Origin: Promethearchaeota archaeon
Lineage (GTDB): Archaea > Asgardarchaeota > Lokiarchaeia > Sigyniarchaeales > SOKP01
Assembly: GCA_016839705.1 (NCBI GenBank)
Contig: JAEOTR010000019.1
Location: forward strand, 60,285-124,284
Reading direction: 5' to 3'
Length of the DNA stretch: 64,000 nucleotides
The notes under the pieces were generated by a model. That model saw only the letters and a program-made list of their open reading frames with translations, did no database searches and was not told the DNA's origin. Made by a program: the position numbers and the translations under genes. Numbering within the stretch: position 1 is the stretch's first letter; the number at the start of each line of letters is the position of its first letter. Shown here one piece after another: positions 41,066 to 50,667 of this stretch.

Positions 41066-42359
41066 TATTCTCAAAACCATATCTTCTTAATGTATTTTTA
41101 ATTTCTTTCATTCTATTTTTAGACTCACTTAAACTTTTTGATTTAGTTGCGATTAAACTTGTAAAGTGATTTGAAATTTTGAGTGATATGGGAGGAGTAA
41201 CGAACTCTGGGATTTCATTCACAAGTTTTTGCGTTAGCTCCTCATTTATCCCAGTATCCCGCATTTCCTCATAATAATCCATTTCTATCCTTGAAAATAT
41301 AGAGTGATTAAGGTATTTCACCTCATAGTTATTAATAGAATTTAATTGTGAATCAAGGATCAATTTTGCGGGATTATAATTTATGACATTTCTTAAACCG
41401 ATATATGATGTAGTTAATCTAGGATTGATTTCAATAAAAAACTGTTTTGCATCATTAGTACTGATGAAATCAATACCATAATAACCAGAAATAACTGAAA
41501 AATTGATTTTTTCTAAAATATCATTAAGTTTATTCTTAATTTCCTCAAAATTCTCTATGGGTGTTGTACCCCCATAATATTCTGATTCATAATTTGAATG
41601 TTTAATATCAATATTTTGGGAATTTATGCTTAGTAATATAGGACTTTTAAATTGGGAATCCCCTATGTAAGGTACTCCAATCAATGAAACACTTAAATCT
41701 TTTCCCTCTATAAATTCTTGAAGTATATATCTTCTCCCAAATTCAACTTTATGCTGAAAATTTAGAAAAAAATGCTTTAATTGATATTGAGATTCGAAAT
41801 AATATATAGATTCAGCTCCAACACCATCTTCAGGTTTTATCACCACTGGTTTTTTCAATATATTGAATTTTTGAAGTATGAATTCACTATCTAATTGTTT
41901 ATTTCTTATTGGTATCAAGTATGTTTTAGGGCTTGGGATTTTATTTTCTTTAAAAAAGGAATACGTATTCAGCTTCGACATACCTAGCCTAATTCCTTTT
42001 AAATTAGTGCTTAATAGAATCCTATTAGCCTTTTTAACTATATCACTTAAATTATATAGTACATTTGATGATTCTGGAGCGATGATGAATATATATTTAC
42101 ATTCTTCAACAAAAGTCTTGAATTTCTTAAGAAAATTATCCTGGCTGTTAGTTATACTTAAATCATCAACTGGTAGAAATTGAGCAAGATTATTAATTCT
42201 ATAATCTAGCATGGTCTTGATCTCAAAATTTAGAGATTTAAAATCTATAATAATAGATCTTAACATTCCATAACCTTCACAAAAAAGTGAAATGGGTATG
42301 TTTACTTTATTAAAACCACCACCAGAAACAAATTCAAAAATAAAAATTTTATTCTTCAT
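41058..42359 (-). CDS. mfnD: ATP-grasp ligase, MfnD (tyramine-L-glutamate ligase)-like
   Basis: IFEFVSGGG...EGYGML, IIAPE, KPEDGVG, QEFIEG and EINPRLTTSY. Confidence 0.72.
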   Translation of the reverse strand: MKNKIFIFEFVSGGGFNKVNIPISLFCEGYGMLRSIIIDFKSLNFEIKTMLDYRINNLAQFLPVDDLSITNSQDNFLKKFKTFVEECKYIFIIAPESSNVLYNLSDIVKKANRILLSTNLKGIRLGMSKLNTYSFFKENKIPSPKTYLIPIRNKQLDSEFILQKFNILKKPVVIKPEDGVGAESIYYFESQYQLKHFFLNFQHKVEFGRRYILQEFIEGKDLSVSLIGVPYIGDSQFKSPILLSINSQNIDIKHSNYESEYYGGTTPIENFEEIKNKLNDILEKINFSVISGYYGIDFISTNDAKQFFIEINPRLTTSYIGLRNVINYNPAKLILDSQLNSINNYEVKYLNHSIFSRIEMDYYEEMRDTGINEELTQKLVNEIPEFVTPPISLKISNHFTSLIATKSKSLSESKNRMKEIKNTLRRYGFENIK

Positions 42360-42496
42360 TATTTTAGTTTAAAATCGTAATAATCAGAATTGTATAGAAT
42401 ACTTGTTTATAAAAAGGTTATTATAGATTAGTTTTAAAATGATGGATAAATAATTTTAATTAACTCAAATTTAACGAAAAACGTTAAGATCTAAAT

Positions 42497-43729
42497 ATGA
42501 CTTTTTTTACAGAAGAAGTAATGCAACGCATTAGGTATCTTCATTATAAAATTAAGAAAATTGAAGATGCTATTGAAAAAGAAGATGAATATTTCAACCT
42601 TGATGACCTAAATCTTATTTTAGAATATACTAAAATCCTAAATAGGAATTATCAGCGTGAGAATCATAAAGAAATTTTAGATGTTTTAGATATAACTAAA
42701 AACTATCTTGATCCTCAAACTGATAGAGAAATTGAAATTTATGATATAATGTTTGAATGTGCTCGTGTACTTTGGGTAATGGCAAGAGCGTATTTTCAAC
42801 TTTCTGATAAGTATGAAGAAGAAAATGAATGGGAAAATGCTATTATCTCAATGACAGAATGTAGTAAAGTATATAAAACAGCTGCTTATTTTAGTGCTGC
42901 TGTAGTTAACCAGAATGACTTAGGTCGTACACTCAATTCTGAAAACTTAGAATTAAACTCGGAAGAATCAAGGATTTTAGCTCAGAGTATCGCTGCATTG
43001 CGTGAAGAATCAAATCGAAACATATATTTTGCGTCGAAGTTATACGCAGGGCTTAGTGTTTTATCAAAGAGATTATTTTATTTAAAACAGCATGAAGAGA
43101 AAAAAAAACAGCAGATAAGAGCTCAATTTCATTATGATATGGGAAAGGCTTGCTTTCTTAAAGCACGAGCTTCTCTAGAATCATCAATAACAAATATCAA
43201 CCAAGAAAAGGTACAAAAACTAAACCAAAAAGCTCTCTGGTACTATATAAAAGCAAAAGATATTTGGGAAGATATGCAAAAAACCCTTACACTTTCGGGG
43301 GAAGAAAAAGAGCATATCAATCTAAATTTATCCATCGTAGAGGAAAATATTAATGAAAACGAAATTGAACAATTGGATTATGATGAAATTAAAAAAATTC
43401 AAGATCCAGAACCAATAATTATTATCCCTGAGAATTTAGCACCTTTTGTACCTAAAAATGTTATATATCTAACAAAATTTGTACCCAAGGATTTAAATAT
43501 AAAAAGATTTAAAGCATATCAACGCAAGAAGCTAGAAGAAAAAATCCCGTATAGTAAAAAAGAAAAATTAATAGATCAGAAAGCTGGTGTTGTCCGAACC
43601 ATAAATGAATTAAAGTTATTAAAAGAAAATAACGAGATTGAAGTAGACAAATTTGCTGAGCTCATGGAAAAGTACTCTACTAAACTAAAAATGATTGAGT
43701 CTGCTATTGAAAAATTAGTAAAGAAATAG
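42497..43729 (+). CDS. Hypothetical alpha-helical (TPR-like) protein
   Basis: 410-aa ORF of amphipathic helices with alanine/aromatic periodicity. Confidence 0.6.
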   Translation: MTFFTEEVMQRIRYLHYKIKKIEDAIEKEDEYFNLDDLNLILEYTKILNRNYQRENHKEILDVLDITKNYLDPQTDREIEIYDIMFECARVLWVMARAYFQLSDKYEEENEWENAIISMTECSKVYKTAAYFSAAVVNQNDLGRTLNSENLELNSEESRILAQSIAALREESNRNIYFASKLYAGLSVLSKRLFYLKQHEEKKKQQIRAQFHYDMGKACFLKARASLESSITNINQEKVQKLNQKALWYYIKAKDIWEDMQKTLTLSGEEKEHINLNLSIVEENINENEIEQLDYDEIKKIQDPEPIIIIPENLAPFVPKNVIYLTKFVPKDLNIKRFKAYQRKKLEEKIPYSKKEKLIDQKAGVVRTINELKLLKENNEIEVDKFAELMEKYSTKLKMIESAIEKLVKK

Positions 43730-43748
43730 CTTTTATCTACAGATAATT

Positions 43749-44251
43749 TTAAAATCCTTCTCCTTGAATCGGCTTCTTTTCTTTTTCGATATATTTTTTT
43801 CGATTTTCCTCTATTTCAAAGCACCTACGATTTTCTTCCTGAAACAATAAATCATAAACCTCCTTTAGTACAAGACCAATTAGTGTAGCCTCAATAATAA
43901 CAATTAAAATTACCATCATAAATTCTAAGTTATGGAGTTCTCTAAAAAAAGGCTTGTAAACAGGAAGAGGTGGGGAAAATAAAGGCAGGTAACAACACCA
44001 ATTCTTTTTCCAAATTTTATAATATTAATTATTTCCAATCTAAATACTCTTTCTAATTTCAAAATTTCCCATAAATAATAAGTACAGAATAAGAGATTAA
44101 TTATGCATAGAATTATAATAAAATTCCTTTCTTGAAATGTTAGACCAATATAAGGTTTTAAAAAAATTGAACCAATTATAAAAGTAAGTGAAAATATAAA
44201 CAAAATTAGGGAGGAAGAAAGAAGCCCATTTTGAAAATCTTTATAATCTAA
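43749..44251 (-). pseudogene. Membrane protein with apparent frameshift at a T7 run (43944-43950)
   Basis: Adding one T extends ORF 43925..44203 with FRELHNLEFMMVILIVIIEATLIGLVLKEVYDLLF...QGEGF to TAA at 43749; the frame is also open upstream of 44203. Confidence 0.6.
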
Positions 44252-44393
44252 AGTTTTGCACCTTTATTATGTTAATATTGTAAGTATCTAAATGATCTAA
44301 GTAAAATTAGGTATTATAATTAATTTGATTCTATTTTCTAAATCCTAATTAAATTTTATGGTCATTTTTATTTTAAGCAATCTTTTTTAATAC

Positions 44394-44663
44394 ATGTCTG
44401 AACAAATTTCAATTTTGCTTTATATTAAAAATATGCTTGCAGATTTAATTTATATCAATGGAATTGTGGCAACAGAGCTGATAAAAGTAACAGAAAATAC
44501 TGCTACTATACGTCGTGGGGAGGAATTCCTAAGTAAAACAACATGTCTCGCTGAACATACCCAGTTAAATACTCAGATAATTGAGATTCTAAAAAAATAC
44601 CAAAAATCGCCAGAAGATTTAGCAGGATTAGCTTCACACGTATTAAAGGACAATAAAGAATAA
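44394..44663 (+). CDS. Hypothetical small helical protein
   Basis: 89-aa ORF heading a co-oriented run of genes. Confidence 0.65.
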   Translation: MSEQISILLYIKNMLADLIYINGIVATELIKVTENTATIRRGEEFLSKTTCLAEHTQLNTQIIEILKKYQKSPEDLAGLASHVLKDNKE

Positions 44664-44681
44664 GTTATTTTTGAGTATAAT

Positions 44682-45119
44682 ATGCCAGATCAGTTCGATG
44701 AATTTATCGAAAATCTTCAAAAAGAAATTATCAAGATGGAAATTGAGGATCATAATGAAAGAATCGTGTCGTTATGCTATAATCCTCAAAATTGGGGAAA
44801 ACCTAAGATAGAGAATATCATCAGTTATGAAGAGCAAAGAGGAGGTCCTAAAAACTATTTTCTAGGACTTTACTTAAACATTGAAAATAACTTTATAAAA
44901 AAGGCTAACTTCTTAACAGATGGATGTGGTGTGATGATTGCTACTGGAAGTCAACTTACACTTTTGCTCGAAGGTAAAACAATAACATTTGCGGAAAACT
45001 TAATCGCGAAAGATATAGATGAGGCGCTAATGGGAGTACCTGAAAATGAGAAACATTGTTTAGATTTGGCTATTAGAACACTTAATAGAGCAATTGAAAA
45101 ATATAAAACAAAAGACTAA
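44682..45119 (+). CDS. IscU/NifU-like Fe-S scaffold-fold protein
   Basis: NPQNWG, FLTDGCG and EKHC motifs; first conserved Cys absent. Confidence 0.8.
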   Translation: MPDQFDEFIENLQKEIIKMEIEDHNERIVSLCYNPQNWGKPKIENIISYEEQRGGPKNYFLGLYLNIENNFIKKANFLTDGCGVMIATGSQLTLLLEGKTITFAENLIAKDIDEALMGVPENEKHCLDLAIRTLNRAIEKYKTKD

Positions 45120-45131
45120 TCTGAATCTACG

Positions 45132-45872
45132 ATGGTTGAATTAATTACAGAAAATATTGATATTCATGTAAAATCAGACAATATAAATCTCAAAGGTTCA
45201 ATATATTATACATCCAGAACACCATCTAAAGCCCCATTTTTGCTAAATTTACCAGGATTTATGAATCACAGAGACAATTATCTTGTGCAGTTTTTTTCTG
45301 AAAAATTTGCGAATGCGGGGTATTATGTTTTGTCCTATGATTATCGTGGTCATGGAGAAACCCAAAAGCAAACTGGTTCAAGATGGGATAAGATGATAAC
45401 GCAAATATATTCTGATATACATATTGTAATAGATTGGATCATTCAAAAACAAGCTAAGAGACTTTTAATAGATAAGATAGCATTGTTTGGGAGGAGTTTA
45501 GGAGGAGCGATCATATTATCTCATGGATTTATCGATGAAAGGGCTAAGTTATTAATAGCACTTAGTACAAGGTATGATTATTATACAATTAGAGGAAGAT
45601 ATCAAGCAGTTGAAGATTATGAAGGAGAAGAAATTATTAAAAAAATTAGCCCTAAGTATTTTCTTAAAAAAGACCCATTAAACAATGAGAGAATCTTAAT
45701 AGCTCATTGTAAAGATGATGATCGAGTTCCATTTGAAAATTTGATCCAGATAAGAGATCAACTTGGTTTAAGGGATGAAAATGTTATTGAATTTGATACG
45801 GGAGGGCATACATTTTCGGGTCATAGAGAGGAAATATTTAATTATTCACTTAAATTTCTAGAAAAGTTATAA
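45132..45872 (+). CDS. Alpha/beta hydrolase
   Basis: YDYRGHG, GRSLGG, DDRVP and GGH (Ser-Asp-His triad). Confidence 0.9.
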   Translation: MVELITENIDIHVKSDNINLKGSIYYTSRTPSKAPFLLNLPGFMNHRDNYLVQFFSEKFANAGYYVLSYDYRGHGETQKQTGSRWDKMITQIYSDIHIVIDWIIQKQAKRLLIDKIALFGRSLGGAIILSHGFIDERAKLLIALSTRYDYYTIRGRYQAVEDYEGEEIIKKISPKYFLKKDPLNNERILIAHCKDDDRVPFENLIQIRDQLGLRDENVIEFDTGGHTFSGHREEIFNYSLKFLEKL

Positions 45873-45922
45873 ACATTATAAAAAAGAAAAATTATTATGA
45901 ATCATTATAAGGTGGGATCATA

Positions 45923-46825
45923 ATGAAAAAAATTCTAATCGCAGGACCTGCTTCCCAAATACTTGGGGTAAAGATAGCTCAAGAATTAGCAATTGAGGTT
46001 ATAAATACTGAAACAAAACTATTTCCAGATGGAGAAAATTACGTAAGAATCAATATTGAGGATGAAACCCTAATAGCAGATAAAGAAGTTATAATAATTC
46101 AATCAACAGGACCTAGTTCCAACGGAAATCAAAATAAACGCTTGATGGAACTATTCATGATGATTGATTCTGTTAAGAGAATGGGTGCAAAATCTATAAT
46201 AGTAGTTGCCCCATACTTAGCTTATGCTCGACAAGATAAAGTATTTAGACCAGGAGAAAGTTTATTTGCAAATGTGGTGTTTAGATTCATTAATTCATTG
46301 GGAATCGATGAATTATATACTGTAGATATCCATGCTCAACATGTATTGAAGGAATGTACGTGTAAAACGGTAAATATTGACTCTATGAAACTATTAGCTG
46401 ATTATATTAAATCTAAAGGAGCAGAAGACATTGTTGTTGTTTCACCTGATAAAGGGGCAGTCGAAAGATCAAAAGCCTTTGCCAGACATTTCGGAGAGAA
46501 TGTCCCTGTTGAAGTGTTTGAAAAAAAGCGAGATCTGAAAACTGGAGAAATAAAAATGTCGGGAGTATTAAGTTTAAAAGGCAAGGATGTTGTGATCGCA
46601 GATGATATTATTGCTACGGGAGGGACAATGGCAACAGCAATAAAATTAGCAAGGGAAAGTGGAGCTAATAAAATTTTTGCAGTTGCAACTCATGCATTGT
46701 TGCTAGATCAAGCGAAATATCGAATATTAAAAGCAGGTGCGGATGAAATAATAGGGACTGATTCAATTGATAATGAAGCATGTAAAGTTTCATTATCTAA
46801 GATAATAGCAGATTATTTAAAATAA
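45923..46825 (+). CDS. prs: Ribose-phosphate pyrophosphokinase
   Basis: FPDGE, PYLAYARQD, VDIH, SPDKGA and DDIIATGGT. Confidence 0.96.
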   Translation: MKKILIAGPASQILGVKIAQELAIEVINTETKLFPDGENYVRINIEDETLIADKEVIIIQSTGPSSNGNQNKRLMELFMMIDSVKRMGAKSIIVVAPYLAYARQDKVFRPGESLFANVVFRFINSLGIDELYTVDIHAQHVLKECTCKTVNIDSMKLLADYIKSKGAEDIVVVSPDKGAVERSKAFARHFGENVPVEVFEKKRDLKTGEIKMSGVLSLKGKDVVIADDIIATGGTMATAIKLARESGANKIFAVATHALLLDQAKYRILKAGADEIIGTDSIDNEACKVSLSKIIADYLK

Positions 46826-46840
46826 AATGTGTAATAGATT

Positions 46841-47384
46841 TTAATATGTTTGAATTACTTTCAATACTACCTCTCTAATATTTTTCTTTAGGTCATCAAC
46901 TGTCGAATTATTCTTTATTTTATAATCTGCTTCTTTTAAAACTGCATCAAGTCCAAAATTTAGCTCTCTCATATCTCTCTCTTTTAATTGCTCTAAGTTT
47001 TTTGGATCATCACTTCGGGATCTCTTGAATAGCCTCCTTAATCGTTTTTTTTCGTCGACAATTATAGCAATAATAGGAAATTTCCAATAATTTCTAAAAA
47101 TATTGACTTCAGCAAGAGATCTTATACCATCAATAAAAATAACCTCATCTTTTTTTTTTTATTATCAGGTCGACACATTTTTTAGCAATTATTCCCGGTC
47201 CCCCACTTTTCCGTAATTGCTGTGCGATCCTCCCAAGATTATTTCCAGAAGGATCAATATTCCTTTTTTTAGCTTCATCTCGAACAATATCACCCATTGT
47301 TACAACAATTCCTAGATCCCTAATAGCCTCTATTGCTGTAGATTTTCCAGATCCGGGAAGCCCTACTAATGCTAGAATTTTCAT
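46841..47384 (-). pseudogene. UPF0200/COG0237 P-loop kinase (dephospho-CoA kinase-like), frameshifted at an A11 run
   Basis: GLPGSGKS and MGDIVR; removing one A at 47150-47160 gives KKKDEVIFIDGIRSLAEV...RSRSDDP...ERDMRELNFG...ADYKIKN to TAA at 46841. Confidence 0.8.
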
Positions 47385-47497
47385 TTCAATTAATTTTCTT
47401 AAAATAATTTAAATATCTAGAATTTGTTTAGATTCTATATAGAATATGAAATTAAGTTTTTAAAATATACTAGTAAACGGTATATATCACGCTAAAA

Positions 47498-48625
47498 ATG
47501 AAGAATCCAAAAGGGGTGAAGCCTCCATATGCACCGGTTTTACTCTCATTAAAAGCATATGAAAGAATCGTTGGTTATGCTATTAGATATGCAAATAATA
47601 ATATAAATCCCGGAAAATGGCGTGAAGTTTATGGGATCTTAATAGGAACTATAGAAAACAACGCAAAGGTGATTGTAAAAGATGCCATACCTATTATGGT
47701 GGGAGATCGTGTTGGGGTTGCATATGAAAATAAACAGTATGTCGATACTGCCCAAATTGATACCTCGGTTCATGAACGTTCTATTCAAGATAAGAGGAAT
47801 GATTTCATCATAGGGTGGTACCATACTCATCCAAATATGGGATTTTTCTACAGTGTTGTGGATCGTATGACTCAATTAGGATATCAGAGTAAAAATCCTT
47901 TTGCTGTGGGGTTAATTTTTGATCATTGTAAAAGAGAATCAGAAGAACATTATTTAGGAATTGCTGGGTTAAGATTAAAAGATCCTGACTTCGGTGTAAG
48001 ATCCCCATTTACTTTTGTTGATTTAAATTATGAACATGATAAGGAAACCATGAAGAAAAAAGCTAATAAGGTTATTAAACTGGTTGGCAAAAACATGGAC
48101 AAAACATTAAAAGAAATTAAATATATTGACAATGTGCTCAGGAAAAAAAATCTTGCTCAATTACAAAGAAATTATGGGTTAATTCTTGTTCCAAAAGAAG
48201 ACATTAAAATTACAGACGATGAGGAAGAAGCAGAGGAAGTTGAAAGATTTTTATATGAATGGGATCCAGATCTATATAAAAAATCATATCGAATGCCAAA
48301 ATTTAGGGAAAAGGTCGAAAGAGCTGTTTCAGAAGCTTATGATGAGTTAGATAAATTACCCAAAGGAATAGAGACAGGTGATTATGAAATTCTAAGAGAA
48401 AAATTGTCCAAAAAAATCCACGCACTGTTGAAGAAAGCTAATGAGTGGTATGATAAATTAATGGAAAATTTCTCAAAAAAGATAGAAAACATAAGTCCTT
48501 TCTATATGTATTTAGACACTGATGAAAGAAAAGTAATTGAACATTTTGAAGAACGGAGTTCTGAGTATTACAAAATTCTAGATAACCTAAATATTAGAGC
48601 AGAATTAGACTTAGATAATATCTAA
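47498..48625 (+). CDS. JAB1/MPN+ (JAMM) metalloprotease, Rpn11/CSN5-like, with long helical C-terminus
   Basis: EVYGILIG and IIGWYHTHPNMGFFYSVVD (E...HxH...S..D). Confidence 0.88.
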   Translation: MKNPKGVKPPYAPVLLSLKAYERIVGYAIRYANNNINPGKWREVYGILIGTIENNAKVIVKDAIPIMVGDRVGVAYENKQYVDTAQIDTSVHERSIQDKRNDFIIGWYHTHPNMGFFYSVVDRMTQLGYQSKNPFAVGLIFDHCKRESEEHYLGIAGLRLKDPDFGVRSPFTFVDLNYEHDKETMKKKANKVIKLVGKNMDKTLKEIKYIDNVLRKKNLAQLQRNYGLILVPKEDIKITDDEEEAEEVERFLYEWDPDLYKKSYRMPKFREKVERAVSEAYDELDKLPKGIETGDYEILREKLSKKIHALLKKANEWYDKLMENFSKKIENISPFYMYLDTDERKVIEHFEERSSEYYKILDNLNIRAELDLDNI

Positions 48626-48788
48626 CAAAAAAATATATTTTTACATTTATTAAAGTTTAAAAATATGAGAAAATATATACAAATTAAGAATTTTAGTAAG
48701 ATTTTATAAAGATACAAAATTAATTAAATCAAAGAATAAAGCTACTTTTTATATTAACGTATATTTTTTCTTCGAAAGAGGTTCTTTC

Positions 48789-49142
48789 ATGGTTAATGAA
48801 ACCACTATTATTATTAAAAATAGAAGTGACAAAGAAAAATCTATCAAAGACGCAATATTTGCATTTTCTGGTGGTAAGAAATCATTATTGATCAAGGGGG
48901 AAGGAGAAGAAATAAGTACTGCGGTTGAAGTTGCTGAAATATTAAAAAATCGGATGTATCCTAGACTAGAAATATCCAATGTCTCTCTGGGAAGCCGTCC
49001 TTTTTTTAACAATAAGAATTTTAGATATAATAGTAGAAATTCAAAAAATTATAATAGAAATACGAGATCTAATGGAAACAAGAAAGATCTTATTTCTAAA
49101 ATTGAAATCACGTTACAAACGAAATCTATAAGTTATTCATGA
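48789..49142 (+). CDS. Divergent Alba-family nucleic-acid-binding protein
   Basis: LIKGEGEEISTAVEVAEILK and ISKIEITL align to Alba KARGxAISxAVDVAE and VSxIEIxL. Confidence 0.78.
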   Translation: MVNETTIIIKNRSDKEKSIKDAIFAFSGGKKSLLIKGEGEEISTAVEVAEILKNRMYPRLEISNVSLGSRPFFNNKNFRYNSRNSKNYNRNTRSNGNKKDLISKIEITLQTKSISYS

Positions 49143-49309
49143 AGTCTAATTTTGAACATCTAGGTCCACTTTTAAATGAAACCCGAACACCTGAAGTTTG
49201 TGCTCTTTGCAACAATTTCATTTATAAACGTGTATACCATGATGAAAATTCTAATGGAAAAAAAAAAATTGTATTTGTCTGCAAGAATTGTTTAAAAGAT
49301 CCCCTTTAA
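49139..49309 (+). CDS. 56-aa zinc-finger microprotein (below the ORF-track cutoff)
   Basis: MKSNFEHLGPLLNETRTPEVCALCNNFIYKRVYHDENSNGKKKIVFVCKNCLKDPL; two CxxC; ATGA overlap with the Alba stop. Confidence 0.75.
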   Translation: MKSNFEHLGPLLNETRTPEVCALCNNFIYKRVYHDENSNGKKKIVFVCKNCLKDPL

Positions 49310-49344
49310 TAGGCATAGAGAATAATAAATTCTTTTCTGACATT

Positions 49345-50151
49345 TTACAATTTTTTGAGTTTTCGCTTCTCAAGAAATTTTGCCCAATCAAACGCCATAA
49401 TAAAAAACATTACTGTTATAGTTACAAGCAATAAGATTGCTTCCGTGATTATGCTTGATTTACTATTGGATTGAATTCCCTGAGATGTAAATCCTAGGGC
49501 TACAAATAGAGGCCAGCAGCAATAAAAAAGAGTGGTAAAATTCTTACCCAACCAACCAGGAATAATACATTTCCAAAAACTATATTTCATCATTCCTAAA
49601 GGTAAAAATAAAAGATCATCAGGAAGTGGTGTTAAGGCAAATACGAAAATATATAATGGGGTGCGTTTCTCATTCTCTAAAATCATCTTTCCGAACCCAT
49701 CGACGTTATCTAACAAATCTGACTTTCGTTCCTCAGCAATTTTCTTAGTCCCATATCCTACCGCGTAGCCCGTAAGTTCCCCTAGAGCACTCCCCAAACC
49801 ACCGATCAATGCAATTCCTAAGATTTCAAACCAAAAAGGTCCAGATTGTAAGATCTGGTTAATATTAAGCCCAAGGTTTGAATATCTAAGAAAGATTGAA
49901 TTTGAAAGAGAAAATAAAACAAATGGAAAAGGTATAGGAAATCCTATTGATGCACTGCCTAAAAAACAAATTCCGAGAGAAATAAGAAGAGCCCAAAAAT
50001 AGTTGGCTCCTTCAGTAATCGCAGTTAAACTCTCTCTCGACTGAATTATAGCATTTTGAATTGAGGGTACATATAGAAATAGAATAATATAAATAATGAT
50101 GAGGAGATAAAAGCTAGCAAATATTATAGTTAATTTTTTCGGAACTGCCAT
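49345..50151 (-). CDS. DedA/VTT (SNARE-associated) family membrane protein
   Basis: GLGSALGELTGYAVG, FALTPLPDD and GWLGK motifs. Confidence 0.85.
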   Translation of the reverse strand: MAVPKKLTIIFASFYLLIIIYIILFLYVPSIQNAIIQSRESLTAITEGANYFWALLISLGICFLGSASIGFPIPFPFVLFSLSNSIFLRYSNLGLNINQILQSGPFWFEILGIALIGGLGSALGELTGYAVGYGTKKIAEERKSDLLDNVDGFGKMILENEKRTPLYIFVFALTPLPDDLLFLPLGMMKYSFWKCIIPGWLGKNFTTLFYCCWPLFVALGFTSQGIQSNSKSSIITEAILLLVTITVMFFIMAFDWAKFLEKRKLKKL

Positions 50152-50155
50152 AGTA

Positions 50156-50548
50156 TTAAGTTCTTTTTGATATTTTCGTGTTTAATCCATTTCTAGCCTT
50201 TAGAATTAAATCTAAGTTTGCATTAATTTTTCCAACCTTGTTCACTTTATTTGACATTTGGAGATTTTCTATAGCGATTACTACCTCATCTGTTTTAGGA
50301 TTATAAATAATATCTCCTATCTCAACATCCTTAGTTGATTTAGAATTTGTTCCTTTAAAGATTCCCATTCCCGGTAGAGTCCAATATTTTTTCGATCCGA
50401 AGCTGAAACGACCTCTCATCGCAAAGGGCATTTTTTCAATTATTGCATCTGCAGATAATGGAGCAATATGTCTAATGATATGTCCTTCTAATGTACCAAT
50501 TCCGTATAAATCTACTTTTATTGGTATTAAACCTGTATCACTATTCAT
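50156..50548 (-). CDS. Cyclophilin-like fold protein
   Basis: RHIAPLS...IIEKMPF, VEIGDIIY and VNKVGKI pattern. Confidence 0.65.
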   Translation of the reverse strand: MNSDTGLIPIKVDLYGIGTLEGHIIRHIAPLSADAIIEKMPFAMRGRFSFGSKKYWTLPGMGIFKGTNSKSTKDVEIGDIIYNPKTDEVVIAIENLQMSNKVNKVGKINANLDLILKARNGLNTKISKRT

Positions 50549-50637
50549 GTTTTATAAATAATACAAATGGAGATATTTAATATTAATTAGAAATCCTCAA
50601 TGATTTGAAAAATAAAGTGGTTAGTATAATAACAAGA

Positions 50638-50645
50638 TTTAAATA
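50638..50645 (+). promoter_or_regulatory. Candidate archaeal TATA box for the putative ncRNA
   Basis: TTTAAATA preceded by purine-rich AACAAGA, ending 23 nt before the 5' strand of the terminal helix; weak on its own in AT-rich DNA. Confidence 0.45.
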
Positions 50646-50667
50646 TCTAAAGTGTGATCTATTAGAT

